A program made the position numbers and the translations under genes. Shown here piece after piece: positions 13,354-25,975 of a stretch of DNA of 64,000 bases. Below the pieces are notes generated by a model that was not told the origin of the DNA, ran no database searches, and saw nothing but the letters and a program-made list of their open reading frames with translations. Position 1 is the stretch's first letter, and every line of letters begins with the position of its first letter. The stretch is from Paraphysomonas bandaiensis (Eukaryota; Protista; Chrysophyceae). The stretch covers positions 62,001-126,000 of the forward strand of contig CBFFRP010000418.1 in NCBI GenBank assembly GCA_965644295.1, read 5' to 3'.

Positions 13354-16300
13354 CTACTTTTTGCTGGCCTTGTCGTCAAAGTCGTCATCATCTTCTTCTC
13401 CCTTTCTAGCTGCTGCTGGTCTGATATTCCTACCTGACCCTTTCTCATCTGCTCCGAAATTATCCATCTCAATATCATCTTCTTCATCATCCTCCCCTTT
13501 GGAACTCTTCTTTGCGGATGAAGGAGACGCTGGACCATCCTTTTCCTCTGCCTTGGTGACTGCCATGCGGGATTGTGCTATAGGTTTCATGATCTACATC
13601 ATCGTTACAAGCTCTGTATATCAAAGTAATCGAAAATAAACCTTCATCAACCTCACGAATGTCTCATACTCAGCGCTGGAAACTAATATCTGAATATAGT
13701 GCATGGCTTTAGGGTCTGCCTCTGATGCTTCCTTACATCGCTTATAGAACTCTTCTTTGGTAACACCCTGATCCCGACAGAAGCCCTGAAGCTCTCCATC
13801 AAACATCTCCTGAAACTTCTGATAGAGATCATAGTATAGGAACTTATGCTCCTCCGCATCAGAAAACTTTTGAGCGTGTTTTAAAAAAAAATTCTCAAAT
13901 TTTGTCTGTAAATGATGTGAAATATTAGTAATAAAATTTGTACATATATATATAGATGTATGTATATATGTAGATAGACGTGAACATGAAAGGTATATGG
14001 TGTTAGCTGGACATCGTATATATATATTACTAGATATAGCTGTACATGATAAGTGCATGAATGTATGCATAGTCGCCTGGAACTCATCATGCATACATAT
14101 ATAGTACAGATTTATACACATGTATATAGGTATGGTTATGTATATGTAGGGTTATGGTGTACCTGAGAGTCATCGTGTATATAATATATACTATAGATAA
14201 ATAGGTATATACATACAATATAGGTATATGGTTTCCTGGAAGTCATGTGTACATATAATAAGGATACAAGAATGCAGGCATATATATGGTGGGATGTACG
14301 AGTTTACCTGAAAGTCATCGTGTATATATATACAGGTATACAGGCATATAGGTATATATGTACATGGATATAAAGTCATGAATGTACATACAGACATATA
14401 CAGCCATAATATATATATATATATACAGGTAGGGATGTAAAGGGGTCATCGTATATATATATATATACATCGGTACAGACATATAGATATAGGGATGTAT
14501 AGGCATATAGGGGTATGCAGGTACAGGCATAGGGAGGTACACAGGGGGTTACCTGGAAGTCATCGTATATATATATATATATACAGGCATATATGGGCAT
14601 AGAGGAGTGTGCATGTGTACAGGCATATAGGGAATAGAGGTATAGGGATATATAGGAATACAGGGGTAAGCAGGTAGGGATATAGAGGGATATAGAGGTA
14701 TAGGGGGGTGCAGGGGTTACCTGGAAGTCATCATGTGTATATAGGGATATAGGGGGATATAGATATAGGCATATACAGGGATATAGAGGGATATACAGGG
14801 ATATAGAGGCATAGAGGGGTATAGGGGGGTGTTGGGGTTACCTGGAAGTCATCATGTGTATATAGGGATATAGGGGGATATAGATATAGGCATATACAGG
14901 GACATAGGGGGATATAGATATAGGCATATAGAGGCATATAGAGGGATATAGAGGTATAGAGGGGTGTTGGGGTTACCTGGAAGTCATCATGTGTATATAG
15001 GCATATAGGGGGATATAGATATAGGCATATAGAGGGATATAGAGGCATATAGAGGTATAGAGGGGTGTTGGGTTACCTGGAAGTCATCATGTGTATATAG
15101 GGATATAGGGGGATATAGAAATAGGCAAATAGAGGGGTATATATAGAGGCATATACAGGGATATAGAGGGGTATAGTGGTATAGGGGGGTGTTGGGGTTA
15201 CCTGGAAGTCATCATGTGTATATAGGGATATAGGGGGATAGAGATATAGGCATATACAGGGATATAGAGGCATATAGAGGTATAGAGGGGTGTTGGGGTT
15301 ACCTGGAAGTCATCACGTGTATATAGGCATATAGGGGGATATAGATATAGGCATATAGAGGGGTATATATAGAGGCATAGAGGGGTATAGGGGGGTGTTG
15401 GGGTTACCTGGAAGTCATCATGTGTATATAGATATAGGCATACACAGGGGTATAGAGGCATATAGAGGGGTATAGTGGTATAGGGGGGTGTTGGGGTTAC
15501 CTGGAAGTCATCATGTGTATATAGGCTTATAGAGGGATATAGATATAGGCATACACAGGGGTATAGAGGTATATAGAGGTATAGAGGGGTGTTGGGGTTA
15601 CCTGGAAGTCATCATGTGTATATAGATATAGGCATACACAGGGGTATAGAGGCATATAGAGGGGTATAGTGGTATAGGGGGGTGTTGGGGTTACCTGGAA
15701 GTCATCATGTGTATATAGGCTTATAGAGGGATATAGATATAGGCATACACAGGGATATAGAGGCATATAGAGGTATAGGGGGGTGTTGGGGTTACCTGGA
15801 AGTCATCATGTGTATATAGGCTTATAGAGGGATATAGATATAGGCATACACAGGGGTATAGAGGTATATAGAGGTATAGAGGGGTGTTGGGGGGTGTTGG
15901 GGTTACCTGGAAGTCATCATGTGTATATAGATATAGGCATACACAGGGGTATAGAGGGATATAGTGGTATAGGGGGGTGTTGGGGTTACCTGGAAGTCAT
16001 CATGTGTATATAGGCTTATAGAGGGATATAGATATAGGCATACACAGGGGTATAGAGGCATATAGAGGGATATAGAGGCATATAGAGGTATAGGGGGGTG
16101 TTGGGGTTACCTGGAAGTCATCATGTGTATATAGATATAGGCATAAACAGGGGTATAGAGGTATATAGTGGTATAGGGGGGTGTTGGGGTTACCTGGAAG
16201 TCATCATGTGTATATAGGGATATAGATATAGGCATACACAGGGGTATAGAGGCATATAGAGGGATATAGAGGTATATAGTGGTACAGGGGGGTGTTGGGG

Positions 16301-17831
16301 TTACCTGGAAGTCATCATGTGTATATAGATATAGGCATACACAGGGGTATAGAGGTATATAGTGGTATAGGGGGGTGTTGGGGTTACCTGGAAGTCATCA
16401 TGTGTATATAGATATAGGCATACACAGGGGTATAGAGGCATACAGAGGGGTATAGTGGTATAGGGGGGTGTTGGGGTTACCTGGAAGTCATCATGTGTAT
16501 ATAGGCTTATAGAGGGATATAGATATAGGCATATAGAGGGGTATAGAGGCATATAGAGGGATATAGAGGCATATAGAGGTATAGGGGGGTGTTGGGGTTA
16601 CCTGGAAGTCATCATGTGTATATAGATATAGGCATACACAGGGGTATAGAGGTATATAGTGGTATAGAGGGGTGTTGGGGTTACCTGGAAGTCATCATGT
16701 GTATATAGATATAGGCATACACAGGGGTATAGAGGCATACAGAGGGGTATAGTGGTATAGGGGGGTGTTGGGGTTACCTGGAAGTCATCATGTGTATATA
16801 GGCTTATAGAGGGATATAGATATAGGCATACACAGGGGTATAGAGGCATATAGAGGGATATAGAGGTATAGGGGGGTGTTGGGGTTACCTGGAAGTCATC
16901 ATGTGTATATAGATATAGGCATACACAGGGGTATAGAGGCATATAGAGGTATATAGTGGTATATAGTGGTATAGGGGGGTGTTGGGGTTACCTGGAAGTC
17001 ATCATGTGTATATAGATATAGGCATACACAGGGGTATAGAGGTATATAGTGGTATAGAGGGGTGTTGGGGTTACCTGGAAGTCATCATGTGTATATAGGC
17101 ATATAGGGGGATATAGATATAGGCATATAGAGGGGTATAGTGGTATAGGGGGGTGTTGGGGTTACCTGGAAGTCATCATGTGTATATAGGCTTATAGAGG
17201 GATATAGATATAGGCATACACAGGGGTATAGAGGCATATAGAGGTATATAGTGGTATAGGGGGGTGTTGGGGTTACCTGGAAGTCATCATGTGTATATAG
17301 ATATAGGCATACACAGGGGTATAGAGGTATATAGAGGTATAGGGGGGTGTTGGGGTTACCTGGAAGTCATCATGTGTATATAGATATAGGCATACACAGG
17401 GGTATAGAGGTATATAGTGGTATGGAGGGGTGTTGGGGTTACCTGGAAGTCATCATGTGTATATAGATATAGGCATACACAGGGGTATAGAGGCATATAG
17501 AGGTATATAGTGGTATAGGGGGGTGTTGGGGTTACCTGGAAGTCATCATGTGTATATAGGCTTATAGAGGGATATAGATATAGGCATACACAGGGGTATA
17601 GAGGCATATAGAGGGGTATAGAGGGGTGTTGGGGTTACCTGGAAGTCATCATGTGTATATAGGGATATAGGGGGATATAGATATAGGCATACACAGGGGT
17701 ATAGAGGCATATAGAGGTATATAGTGGTATAGGGGGGTGCAGGGGGTTACCTGGAAGTCATCGTGAGCTACAAACTCAACGATATTACGAATAAACGGAT
17801 CCTCATATGACTCATTCTGAAGATCTCCCAT
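13354..17831 (-). CDS. BART-domain (ARL2/ARL3-binding, CFAP36/ARL2BP-like) protein; exons 17831-17751, 13905-13642, 13593-13354
   Basis: The spliced product MGDLQNESYEDPFIRNIVEFVAHDDFQ|TKFENFFLKHAQKFSDAEEHKFLYYDLYQKFQEMFDGELQGFC...YETFVRLMK|IMK... shows the BART pattern (F...EEHK..Y..LY..F...F...L..F; F..LM) plus an acidic tail. Both introns are GT-AG, phase 0. Confidence 0.8.
14065..17762 (-). repeat. Intronic minisatellite (units mostly about 83-135 bp) each containing GATGACTTCCAG|GTAACCCC; about 32 intact junction copies including the real donor, plus several degenerate ones
   Basis: The plus-strand motif TTACCTGGAAGTCATC recurs from about 14549 to 17747, separated by variable runs of 10-11-nt subunits (ATAGAGGCAT, ATAGAGGGAT, ATAGTGGTAT). 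Copies were counted by eye. Confidence 0.95.
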
Positions 17832-18581
17832 TACTGTGAATTGATGATAAGAAGATGACTACTTTGAATGGTTTGGTTATGGTTAGTTTAATACTGTGAG
17901 TTGCGCTTACTGAAGATTACATACATACACACACATATAGACACACACGCAGCTAGTGTATGTATGTGTATGTATGTGTATGTATGTATATGTTCATATG
18001 GAGAGACTGTTGCAGAACAATACAACAGAATGATATGTACTCGGACTGTATACAGAGGTATACTGCTGTATTCCGTTATCGCTAAGCTGTAGATCATACA
18101 GTTTAATACATATAGAATACCGATAATACTGAAGAATACCCCGGAACATCTTGCAGTATACTGCTGCTCTTGATGTCTTATGAACCGACCGCTCATTGGC
18201 TGATAATTGTCCAGTCCATTCATTAGTTTTTTTTCGTGTGTGGTGTGTATGTATGTATGTATGTATGTGTATGTACGCGTGTATAGTACTGTATAGCATG
18301 CAGTGTAGCTGTGTGTGTATATGGTAAGAGTGGAGCTGTTAGACTCTTAATGGCCACAGAGCTCACACATCAACATAACACACCTACAAACACACTCAAT
18401 CACATCACTCCATCCTCTCAATCCTTTACCCATATCACTAATCTCTCTGTAGATCTCTCATCCCTCTCCAATCTCCCTCTATATCTCCCTCTACACCTAC
18501 ATACACGTACATACACATACATACACATACATACATAGACATACATACATAGACATACATACATAGACTGTAACTATTAGC

Positions 18582-20474
18582 ATGCCTTCAAAACAATCAC
18601 GTAAACAAATACTTCAACAAAAGGCTCTAGAGAAAAAAAAGATCATTCGACGATTCCAGAAGCAGCAGACGTGTGACAGTATGATCATATCAGACGAGAT
18701 GATCACACGGGCTACTCATCGCTCTGTAGTTGATCGTATACACAGTTTTCTTCCAGGTAGAAAGAAACCAAAGCCAAAGAATGTATGTCATGATCCCAAA
18801 CCAAAGCCTCATGAGATTCCTTATCAATCTGGAGGTGTTGATGTTCCATGGTTGCCTCATGACTGGCAGGAAGTTGGTGTAGAGGGACTGGCAGATGAGC
18901 TCGAAAGATTTGCCAAATATGTGGATTTGGATGATGGGGAGCTTAAGGCTAGAGAGTGTGTGTTAAGAGACTTATCTGACGCTGTCTCTGCCAAGTTTCC
19001 GGATGCTTTGGTTCGTCCATTTGGATCTTATGTAGCAGGCTTGTCTATATTTCTCAGCGATGTAGATATTACGATACTAGGACTCGGAGTGGGAGGAAAT
19101 GAGGAGGAAGAGGAGGAAGATATAGTCGAAAGTGGTGATGTGAACATCTCTGCAGTGGATCCGGCAAACCCCTGTGATGGAGACTCTCATAGCTCTTGCT
19201 CGTATAGTAGTAGCGACGAAAGGACAGTTGTCGCCTCAAGTGACATAAGTTTCAACAGTGCTAATGATTGTGACATGGGTGAAGGGTTCGACTTACACGT
19301 GTCTATGACCTCCAACCTATCGACTGCAGAGAGCACAAGCTCCCGAAGAAGTTCTCGTGGCAGCGTATCAGCGGAACGAGAACAGGAGCTGAGTGTGCTG
19401 CGCGCCCTGGGTTCGGTGCTCAGGGGAATGGACTGGGTAAGCAACCTGGAAGTGCGATCGAAGGCAAGGGTTCCCATCATCAACACCACTCACAGGGCGG
19501 GAATCGAGTTAGATGTGTCTCTTGGCCTGCCTAATTCTGATACATCCGCTCTTGTGGCGCGAATCAGTACGGTCTCAGGGTACCAACATGCCTTCAGGGT
19601 AGTATCATCGTTTCTCAAGGTATTTCTGCATCAGATGTATTTGGACAAGCCATTCACAGGCGGCATTGGGTCGTACAAATTATATGTTATGCTTGCACAT
19701 GTCATTGTCAATGTCCTTGGTAGTATACCGGAAAGTGATCCTCCATGCGACCCTGGCAGGCTGCTGGTTACCTTCTTCAGGCACTTTGGAGTCCCCGCTA
19801 ATTTGAACAAACTCACCGCCTTGCATGTTCTTGGCGCGGAAGCTGATTTTAGCCGGACAGATCGAGTGGAGGTATGTCAAGCTGTGTTCACGAGAGCCTA
19901 TAATATCATCAAACGGGCTGTGGCATATGGTCCGAGTAAGGTGGGACAGGGACGGCAACTTGAAGGTGAGCGCCGCTCGCTGTTATCTCTGCTGCTGGTT
20001 CGTCACGAAGCCATGTGTCGAGAGAGGCTGCGGGCTGCTAATCAGTGCATACGAGAAGGCTGGATGCTACCAGCTGATAAGGACAGAACTGGCCAGAGAG
20101 TTCTTAGTGCAATACAGAAAGATCATGGTGGAGCTTTGGGTATATCATGGGAGGAGGTGAAGCGAGTTGACCCGGTGCTGTGGGAGCGCCTCCGGTGTAT
20201 TTCAAATGTAAACTCTATAACTAGGGGAAGACAAGAGCAAAAGGCTGACAATAAGAGGGCTCGCTCTATATCAAGTAGACAAGACACAAATGGTAGTGGA
20301 AAGAAAAGAAAGCGTATGGATAGAGACGAGGAGTTTCCGCGAGGCCCGATAAGAAGAGGAGTGCAACTACCGTCAGGTGGTAGAGGAAGAGGTGGGGGTA
20401 GAGGTAACGGCCAGAGTGGTCGGGGTAGGGGAAATAGCCAGAGTGGTCGAGGAAAGAAGCGAAGGCAGCAATAG
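18582..20474 (+). CDS. Non-canonical poly(A) polymerase / terminal nucleotidyltransferase (TRF4/PAPD5-like), intronless, with RGG-rich tail
   Basis: Pol-beta NTase motif PFGSYVAGLSIFLSDVDI, KARVPII, ELDVS, FTGGIGSYKLYVM, and a PAP-associated GRLLVTFFRHFG segment. Confidence 0.85.
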   Translation: MPSKQSRKQILQQKALEKKKIIRRFQKQQTCDSMIISDEMITRATHRSVVDRIHSFLPGRKKPKPKNVCHDPKPKPHEIPYQSGGVDVPWLPHDWQEVGVEGLADELERFAKYVDLDDGELKARECVLRDLSDAVSAKFPDALVRPFGSYVAGLSIFLSDVDITILGLGVGGNEEEEEEDIVESGDVNISAVDPANPCDGDSHSSCSYSSSDERTVVASSDISFNSANDCDMGEGFDLHVSMTSNLSTAESTSSRRSSRGSVSAEREQELSVLRALGSVLRGMDWVSNLEVRSKARVPIINTTHRAGIELDVSLGLPNSDTSALVARISTVSGYQHAFRVVSSFLKVFLHQMYLDKPFTGGIGSYKLYVMLAHVIVNVLGSIPESDPPCDPGRLLVTFFRHFGVPANLNKLTALHVLGAEADFSRTDRVEVCQAVFTRAYNIIKRAVAYGPSKVGQGRQLEGERRSLLSLLLVRHEAMCRERLRAANQCIREGWMLPADKDRTGQRVLSAIQKDHGGALGISWEEVKRVDPVLWERLRCISNVNSITRGRQEQKADNKRARSISSRQDTNGSGKKRKRMDRDEEFPRGPIRRGVQLPSGGRGRGGGRGNGQSGRGRGNSQSGRGKKRRQQ

Positions 20475-21518
20475 CCATGGCTTATTTGTTCATAATAGGT
20501 CTGAAAATAGAACTAGTATTTTATGTCGTGTGCAAATTAGTACAAAGGAACAATTGCTGTCGTATTTTAGAGTGCGACTCGAATGCAAACTGTCATGCAT
20601 TACTATATAGATTTATAGTGATTCATATTGTCTTACTTCAAGTAATAAGCGATATTGAGCTAAGGCAGGCATGGATTGCGAAGCACCATTCCGATTGTGG
20701 CCTGAGGTTGAGAAGTGAATACGTGGCAATTGTTTGAGGTTGAGTAGGTTTCTTGTGGTGATTAATACAATCTGAAAGTAAAAGTCACAATATGAGGCAA
20801 TAATATGAATTATTGTTTATTGTCCCCCGCACGACTTATAGACTATGAAGAGTACACAGAGTTTAAGTAAAAGGAAAGTTGATTGAAAAGTATGATATCC
20901 CGCTATAATATATACTATGGTGCAATGTACTTTAGTTTTCAACACTTTATCGTAATCAATTAGTTTTTGAAATTAACTAGCCATTAACCATTAATCTTTT
21001 GTCAGCTGTCAGTGCACTCTAGTGTAGATTGTAGATGTCTACCATACAAAAGAGTTGTAAATTCGAGCTAGAGTCGATGTCTTGTTCTGCTCTATATCTG
21101 TAATGGGTAGATATGTAGTTATATGCGAGCACAGTTTATAATTAGATAATCAGTTTATATATTTCTTTGTTTCTCTCTTTGATTCCGTGAACGACACTGG
21201 TTACACCATTGGTGCACTGAAACACTAGCTTTAAATTCTTTTCCAATATACAAGTACATATTTCATTTTAATTACGTGAGGTAGTGGTCTAACCGAACAT
21301 AGGATGAGAAATAATTGAACGTGAGAAACAGTGAACATATACCAAATGCACATCCACTTGCTCTGACGGGGCCGTGTTGCATTTGCCATACTTGTCATTC
21401 ACTCTTCTGGGTGTGGTCACAAAACTAACCATTCAGCTATCTACTGTGTAAAGCGGAGACAAAATACATATAGCTTCACCTAAATAGTGTACATTAAGTG
21501 ACAGGGACACTGTGGATA

Positions 21519-22628
21519 CTATGACGGGGTTGTTGTGGCCTGATGGTCTAATGTATAATTGAAAATGGAAATAACAGTAACCAGCATTCCGATAGCTACA
21601 AACATATCGATATCATTTCCTAGAAAAAAATACCCTGCTACGGATACTATGATTATAGATACGGCGGTCGCAAAGCACTTCAGCACTGCATCGGCGTATT
21701 TGAGAGTAGCTGCAACAAGCATACCTCCAGCTCCTTGTAGAAGCACAACTGCTACTGTAACCCAAGACCACCCTTCCAACATACCACTGTGCCAACCACT
21801 ATCATTAGCAGTGGGATCTTTCTGTGTCTGTAACGTGCTCAACAACATAGAGGCCTGATACAGGGCCAATAGAAATATACTGTAGAATGCCAATTGAAAA
21901 TTTCTTTCCCATATTGTGGTAGTATCATCCTTGTCCTTGAGTAGGGCTTCAAAATATACAGCGGAAAAACCAGAGATCGTTGCCTGTAGTAGAGTAGCCA
22001 GAAGACCCATTAGAGACTCCATTCTGTCTACTGTTAACGATGGATTTGATTCCGCCTCAGGTGGTTTGTTGATTATGGGAGATGCTACTAATATACACCC
22101 AACAACCAGTAACAGTAAGGCACGCCACTTAGTAGCTGAGTACTGCCGACCCAGTATCAACGTTGCGAATGCCGCTGTAGTAAAGATCTTAAGCTGAATA
22201 CATACAGTAAACACAGGGGCGCCTATACGCGGCACTGAATAGAATGGGAGCATATTGGATATACTGTACAAGACCACAAGCACCACTACTTTCTTTCCAT
22301 TCCAGAGAAGAGTCAATAGCCGATGACAGTGTTGTATAGGAGTGACTGTTGATTGTGTTGTTGATCTCTTTCCTCCATGTTGAAGTACAGTGAGTGCACC
22401 TGAACACATCAGTTTAATGAGCTCTGCAGCCACAATGACCTCAACGGACGAGTAGTGCTCTTTCAGGATACCTCTTGAGTAGCTTGTTGCAATGCTATGA
22501 CTGTAATGGAGTTAGAGTTATGTTGTTATGTGCATATGTGCATACCCGGCTGTCTGGATGCATACAAGAGCAAGCACACAGATGCGGATAACAGCCAATG
22601 AGTTGCTGTTTTCATCGTCAACTGACAT
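21519..22628 (-). CDS. Nucleotide-sugar transporter (SLC35A-like, CMP-Sia/UDP-Gal family); intron 22545-22501
   Basis: AELIKL, QLKIFTTA, SGFSAVYFE, WERNFQL, GGMLVAATLKYADAVLKCFAT; multi-pass hydrophobic protein. Confidence 0.9.
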
Positions 22629-22819
22629 GCTATGAGCTTAAATATACATAGATGACATGCTGTTTAGTGTGTACTGTGTATGTGTGATAGTTAGTGCAGA
22701 TGGTTGCAAGCTATGAGTGACAGTTGCTGATGTCTGTTAATATATGCATACGCCGATAGGGTCATCCATGTATGTATGTACATACTGCAGGCGGACACAC
22801 TATCGTACGAGAGCAGCTC

Positions 22820-22950
22820 TATGTACAGCAGTGTATGTGTATGTATACAGCAGCAGTGTATGTGTATGTATACAGCAGCAGTGTGTATGTATACAGCAGC
22901 AGTGTGTATGTATACAGCAGCAGTGTGTGTATGTATACAGCAGTAGTGTG
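22820..22950. repeat. Short minisatellite (GTATGTATACAGCAGCAGT-type, about 5 copies) in a divergent promoter region
   Basis: Direct repeats of 21-25 bp visible in the sequence. Confidence 0.75.
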
Positions 22951-22965
22951 CATGTGTATATGGTA

Positions 22966-23338
22966 CAGTCAGTTCGCGTTATGGTGGATGGTGTGTACCA
23001 TAAGCCATACTGTCCACCACAACGGCACCATCCACGATTAGAAAACCCGGGTTTTTGCTGCAAAAAACCAGGTTTTTATACAAAACACAGTTTTTGGCTT
23101 GTAAAACCATGGTTTTATACTGAAAACCCCTAAGTCAATTAATTAATTAATTGTACTTTTCTGTATATTTCCTATCAATTTTTTCACAACAATCCACCAA
23201 AATAGGGATTTTTATTTAAAACTATAGGTTTGTATATAAATCGGGGATTTTATACAAAAATCCCCGTACCAAGCCTAAATTCATCCACTATAACGGCGAT
23301 ATCCACCATACGTCGTCCACCATAACGCGAACTGACTG
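22966..23338. mobile_element. 373-bp MITE of Tc1/mariner (pogo-like) type
   Basis: Perfect 23-bp TIRs CAGTCAGTTCGCGTTATGGTGGA / TCCACCATAACGCGAACTGACTG flanked by TA (22964-65, 23339-40). Internal TCCACC/TCCACT sub-repeats; AT-rich non-coding interior. Confidence 0.9.
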
Positions 23339-23493
23339 TACATGTAGACGTCAGTATGGCAGTACAGAGTGCTTATATCTGACACACACACACACACATA
23401 CATACATATCTATACATACACACACATATATAACCACACCCTCTCTTACAATCATACCCCTAACCTCCCCCTCCCCCCCCTCTCCCTCTCACC

Positions 23494-25499
23494 ATGAAAC
23501 CTTCTCAAACATCCAAACTCCGTCCAAGTCGGTTCTCTTACTCCTCAATCGACTCCTCCGTGTCCTCCTCCTCATCAGACAGCATCTCCACTCCTCTCAT
23601 ACGTACATACAGTAAACGTCTATTTAAAGACTCCACATCCAATCTCCTCAACCTCACACATCCTCCACCCATCCGCACCACCTCTCAGGAGATGGATATC
23701 GATGACATGGACCTATCGAACCCTGTGTATGTGGATATCCTTAAGATAGAGTTCTTCTCACTGGGCTGTGCGAGTGGAGCCGCTATACAGATGTTTGTTG
23801 TCTCAGTTCTACTCATGTTTGTCTCTTATTCACAGGTAACTCTCATTATCACTTCTCTCTATCAACTGTCTCATTCTTATGATGTCGTCTGGTAACTGTA
23901 CAGCACTCTGGACCGCTGCTTGAGTTGTCGCATGAGTACTATGCGGTCTTTCGTTGCATGTTTTTCATTGCATTCTTTTTCTCGCTATATGGCGGGAATC
24001 TCTTCTTATGGAGGAGAGCCAAGATTGAGTATCGTTCCGTACTTGGTGTGTCTTCTTCCCACACGTATAGATTTGTGCTTAGAGGAGCTGCAAGTTCGGC
24101 ATATATAATGTTCAGTTGTTTCATGCTGTATGTGTTAACGATAACTGGCGGCCTTGAAGCACTTGGTACTGGACAGCGTAAAATAAAGCATTTATGGCCT
24201 GCCTTAGCCTTTTTGCTCCCTCTTAGTATATTTTTCTGTCCTTATGATCCTCTCACGAGACCATTCTATGGATCAAGTAAGAGGGGTTACCAACAGAGAG
24301 TTGGTTTGGTGAAAGATTTACTCGCCGTCTTATTTTCTCCGTTCTCTCGACCTACATTTCTGCGAACATTTATTGCTGACACTATGTGTAGCATGCCTAA
24401 GATATTCACTGATTTCCAATATACGGTTTGTATATATGCTACCGGAACTTTCTGGGACACGCAGAATGAATGGTTCGATACCAACAGTATGCACTCCTAC
24501 TCTACTTGCGGGGAAGGGTCGCCAATGTACTCATGGTTTCTTTCTCTTTTGTCTTTTGCACCGTACTATATTCGTCTCATGCAGAGCATACGTTCATGGG
24601 TGGACACTGGAGAGACTAGGCATATGTTTAATGCTTGGAAATATGTACTTTCTCTCTCCGTTACAGGGCTTGCCCTGGCGCATAAAATATATCCAACGAT
24701 ACCATTTTTGAACGCAGCATGGTAAGTACATTCTATGTGTTCATGATATAGACTCATCTGTGTTTATCGATTTGGAGACATTGCTTGTTTCTTGTTCATG
24801 CTTAATTTTGATACGTGTTGCAACCCATAGGTTCACCGTAAGTACGATAACAACGTTATACTGCTTTTATTGGGATGTGGTGATGGATTGGTACGTGCGG
24901 CTTTCATCGCTATCTCATATCTGGTACAACATATCACTGCTTCTGTGCCTAGGGGGCTAGGGTCCACGACTTCTAGTTATTTTTTGCTGAGAGAGGAACT
25001 GCACTTCTCTCCTCCTACGTACTATACTGTAAGAGCTACAAGTCCACATGGACCGTCTTATATGCTTTTATAGGCTATAATCTTGGACCTCGTCATGCGC
25101 CTTGGTTGGGCTATCCTGATATCTCCTTCTCAGACGTATGTACAGCAGCATGTAATCTTACTCCTTGGGTGTGTTGAGCTTCTACGCCGCTGCATGTGGG
25201 CTGTATTCCGTGTTGAATGGGAGTGGATAAAGATACGCGACAAGACGGTGAAAGAATCTGAGATGGAGCTCACCGGAGAAAATTTGATAAGGTAATGGCA
25301 TATGAATGTATAGATATATTTGCAATCCTCGAGATCGAGGCTACCGATGTGCTCTTGGTATATTCTATGCATGAGTCTTTTGAAATGATCGATTTTATCA
25401 TGTAGGGCAAGTGGAGATAGCGAAGACTCAGATATCGACTCACAAGAGGCTATCTACGTCCTCGATGATGGTGAAAATAAATCTGTCAAATATTTATAG
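23494..25499 (+). CDS. EXS-domain membrane protein (XPR1/SYG1/PHO1/ERD1 family), multi-exon, no SPX domain apparent
   Basis: TFIADTMCS, PYYIRLMQSIR, HMFNAWKY, YCFYWDVVMDW, DLVMRLGW and ELLRRCMWAVFRVEWE are EXS hallmarks; short GT-AG introns. Confidence 0.88.
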
Positions 25500-25829
25500 T
25501 ACAGGAGTGAATTATATATTTTGATACCCATTGGGCATACTGTTATATGTAGTTTATTATGGATGTGTAGTTGTTAGACATTACTGCTTTGGAGGTAGTA
25601 TGGAAGCCTTAGTGTTGAGTATAAAATCCTTATACTGTTAGAGTAAATGGAAGTGAATTGTAATTTGAAAAAGTAGCAGACATGTTGCAATACTGTGGTA
25701 TTGTGTTTTGTGTTTATACGTTTATACCATATGAACGCGCATGATAATGTTGAAAAGTTATCAACATGGAAATAGATATGACGAGGAAATGTGTGATTTC
25801 CCTATATGTTAATCTTATCAGCAATAACT

Positions 25830-25975
25830 TCGTACAATTTGTACATATTCTCGGTCATGTATGTCTTATTATCAGTAATAGGCTTTTAAGAGTCAGAACT
25901 AATTTAGCATTGCAATTAAACGAACTAGTGCTTAACTCTAATATTCTACTATTTAGCGCTACGAAAGCTGCTTAC
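25830..25975. repeat. Diverged dispersed repeat, second copy at about 63580-63775
   Basis: CTACTATTTAGCGCTA..AAGCTGCTT and GTCTT.TTAT..AG.AATAGGC.TT are shared in the same order at both loci. Confidence 0.6.

Noticed and set aside
14191-17607. Numerous MPLYP...HDDFQVTPTP ORFs
   Set aside because: Translation by-products of the minisatellite, broken by frameshifts and stops.
14549-17762. CRISPR-like appearance (constant ~35-nt repeat with variable spacers)
   Set aside because: The spacers are permutations of the same 10-11-nt subunits rather than unique sequences, there are no cas genes, and the context is a eukaryotic intron.
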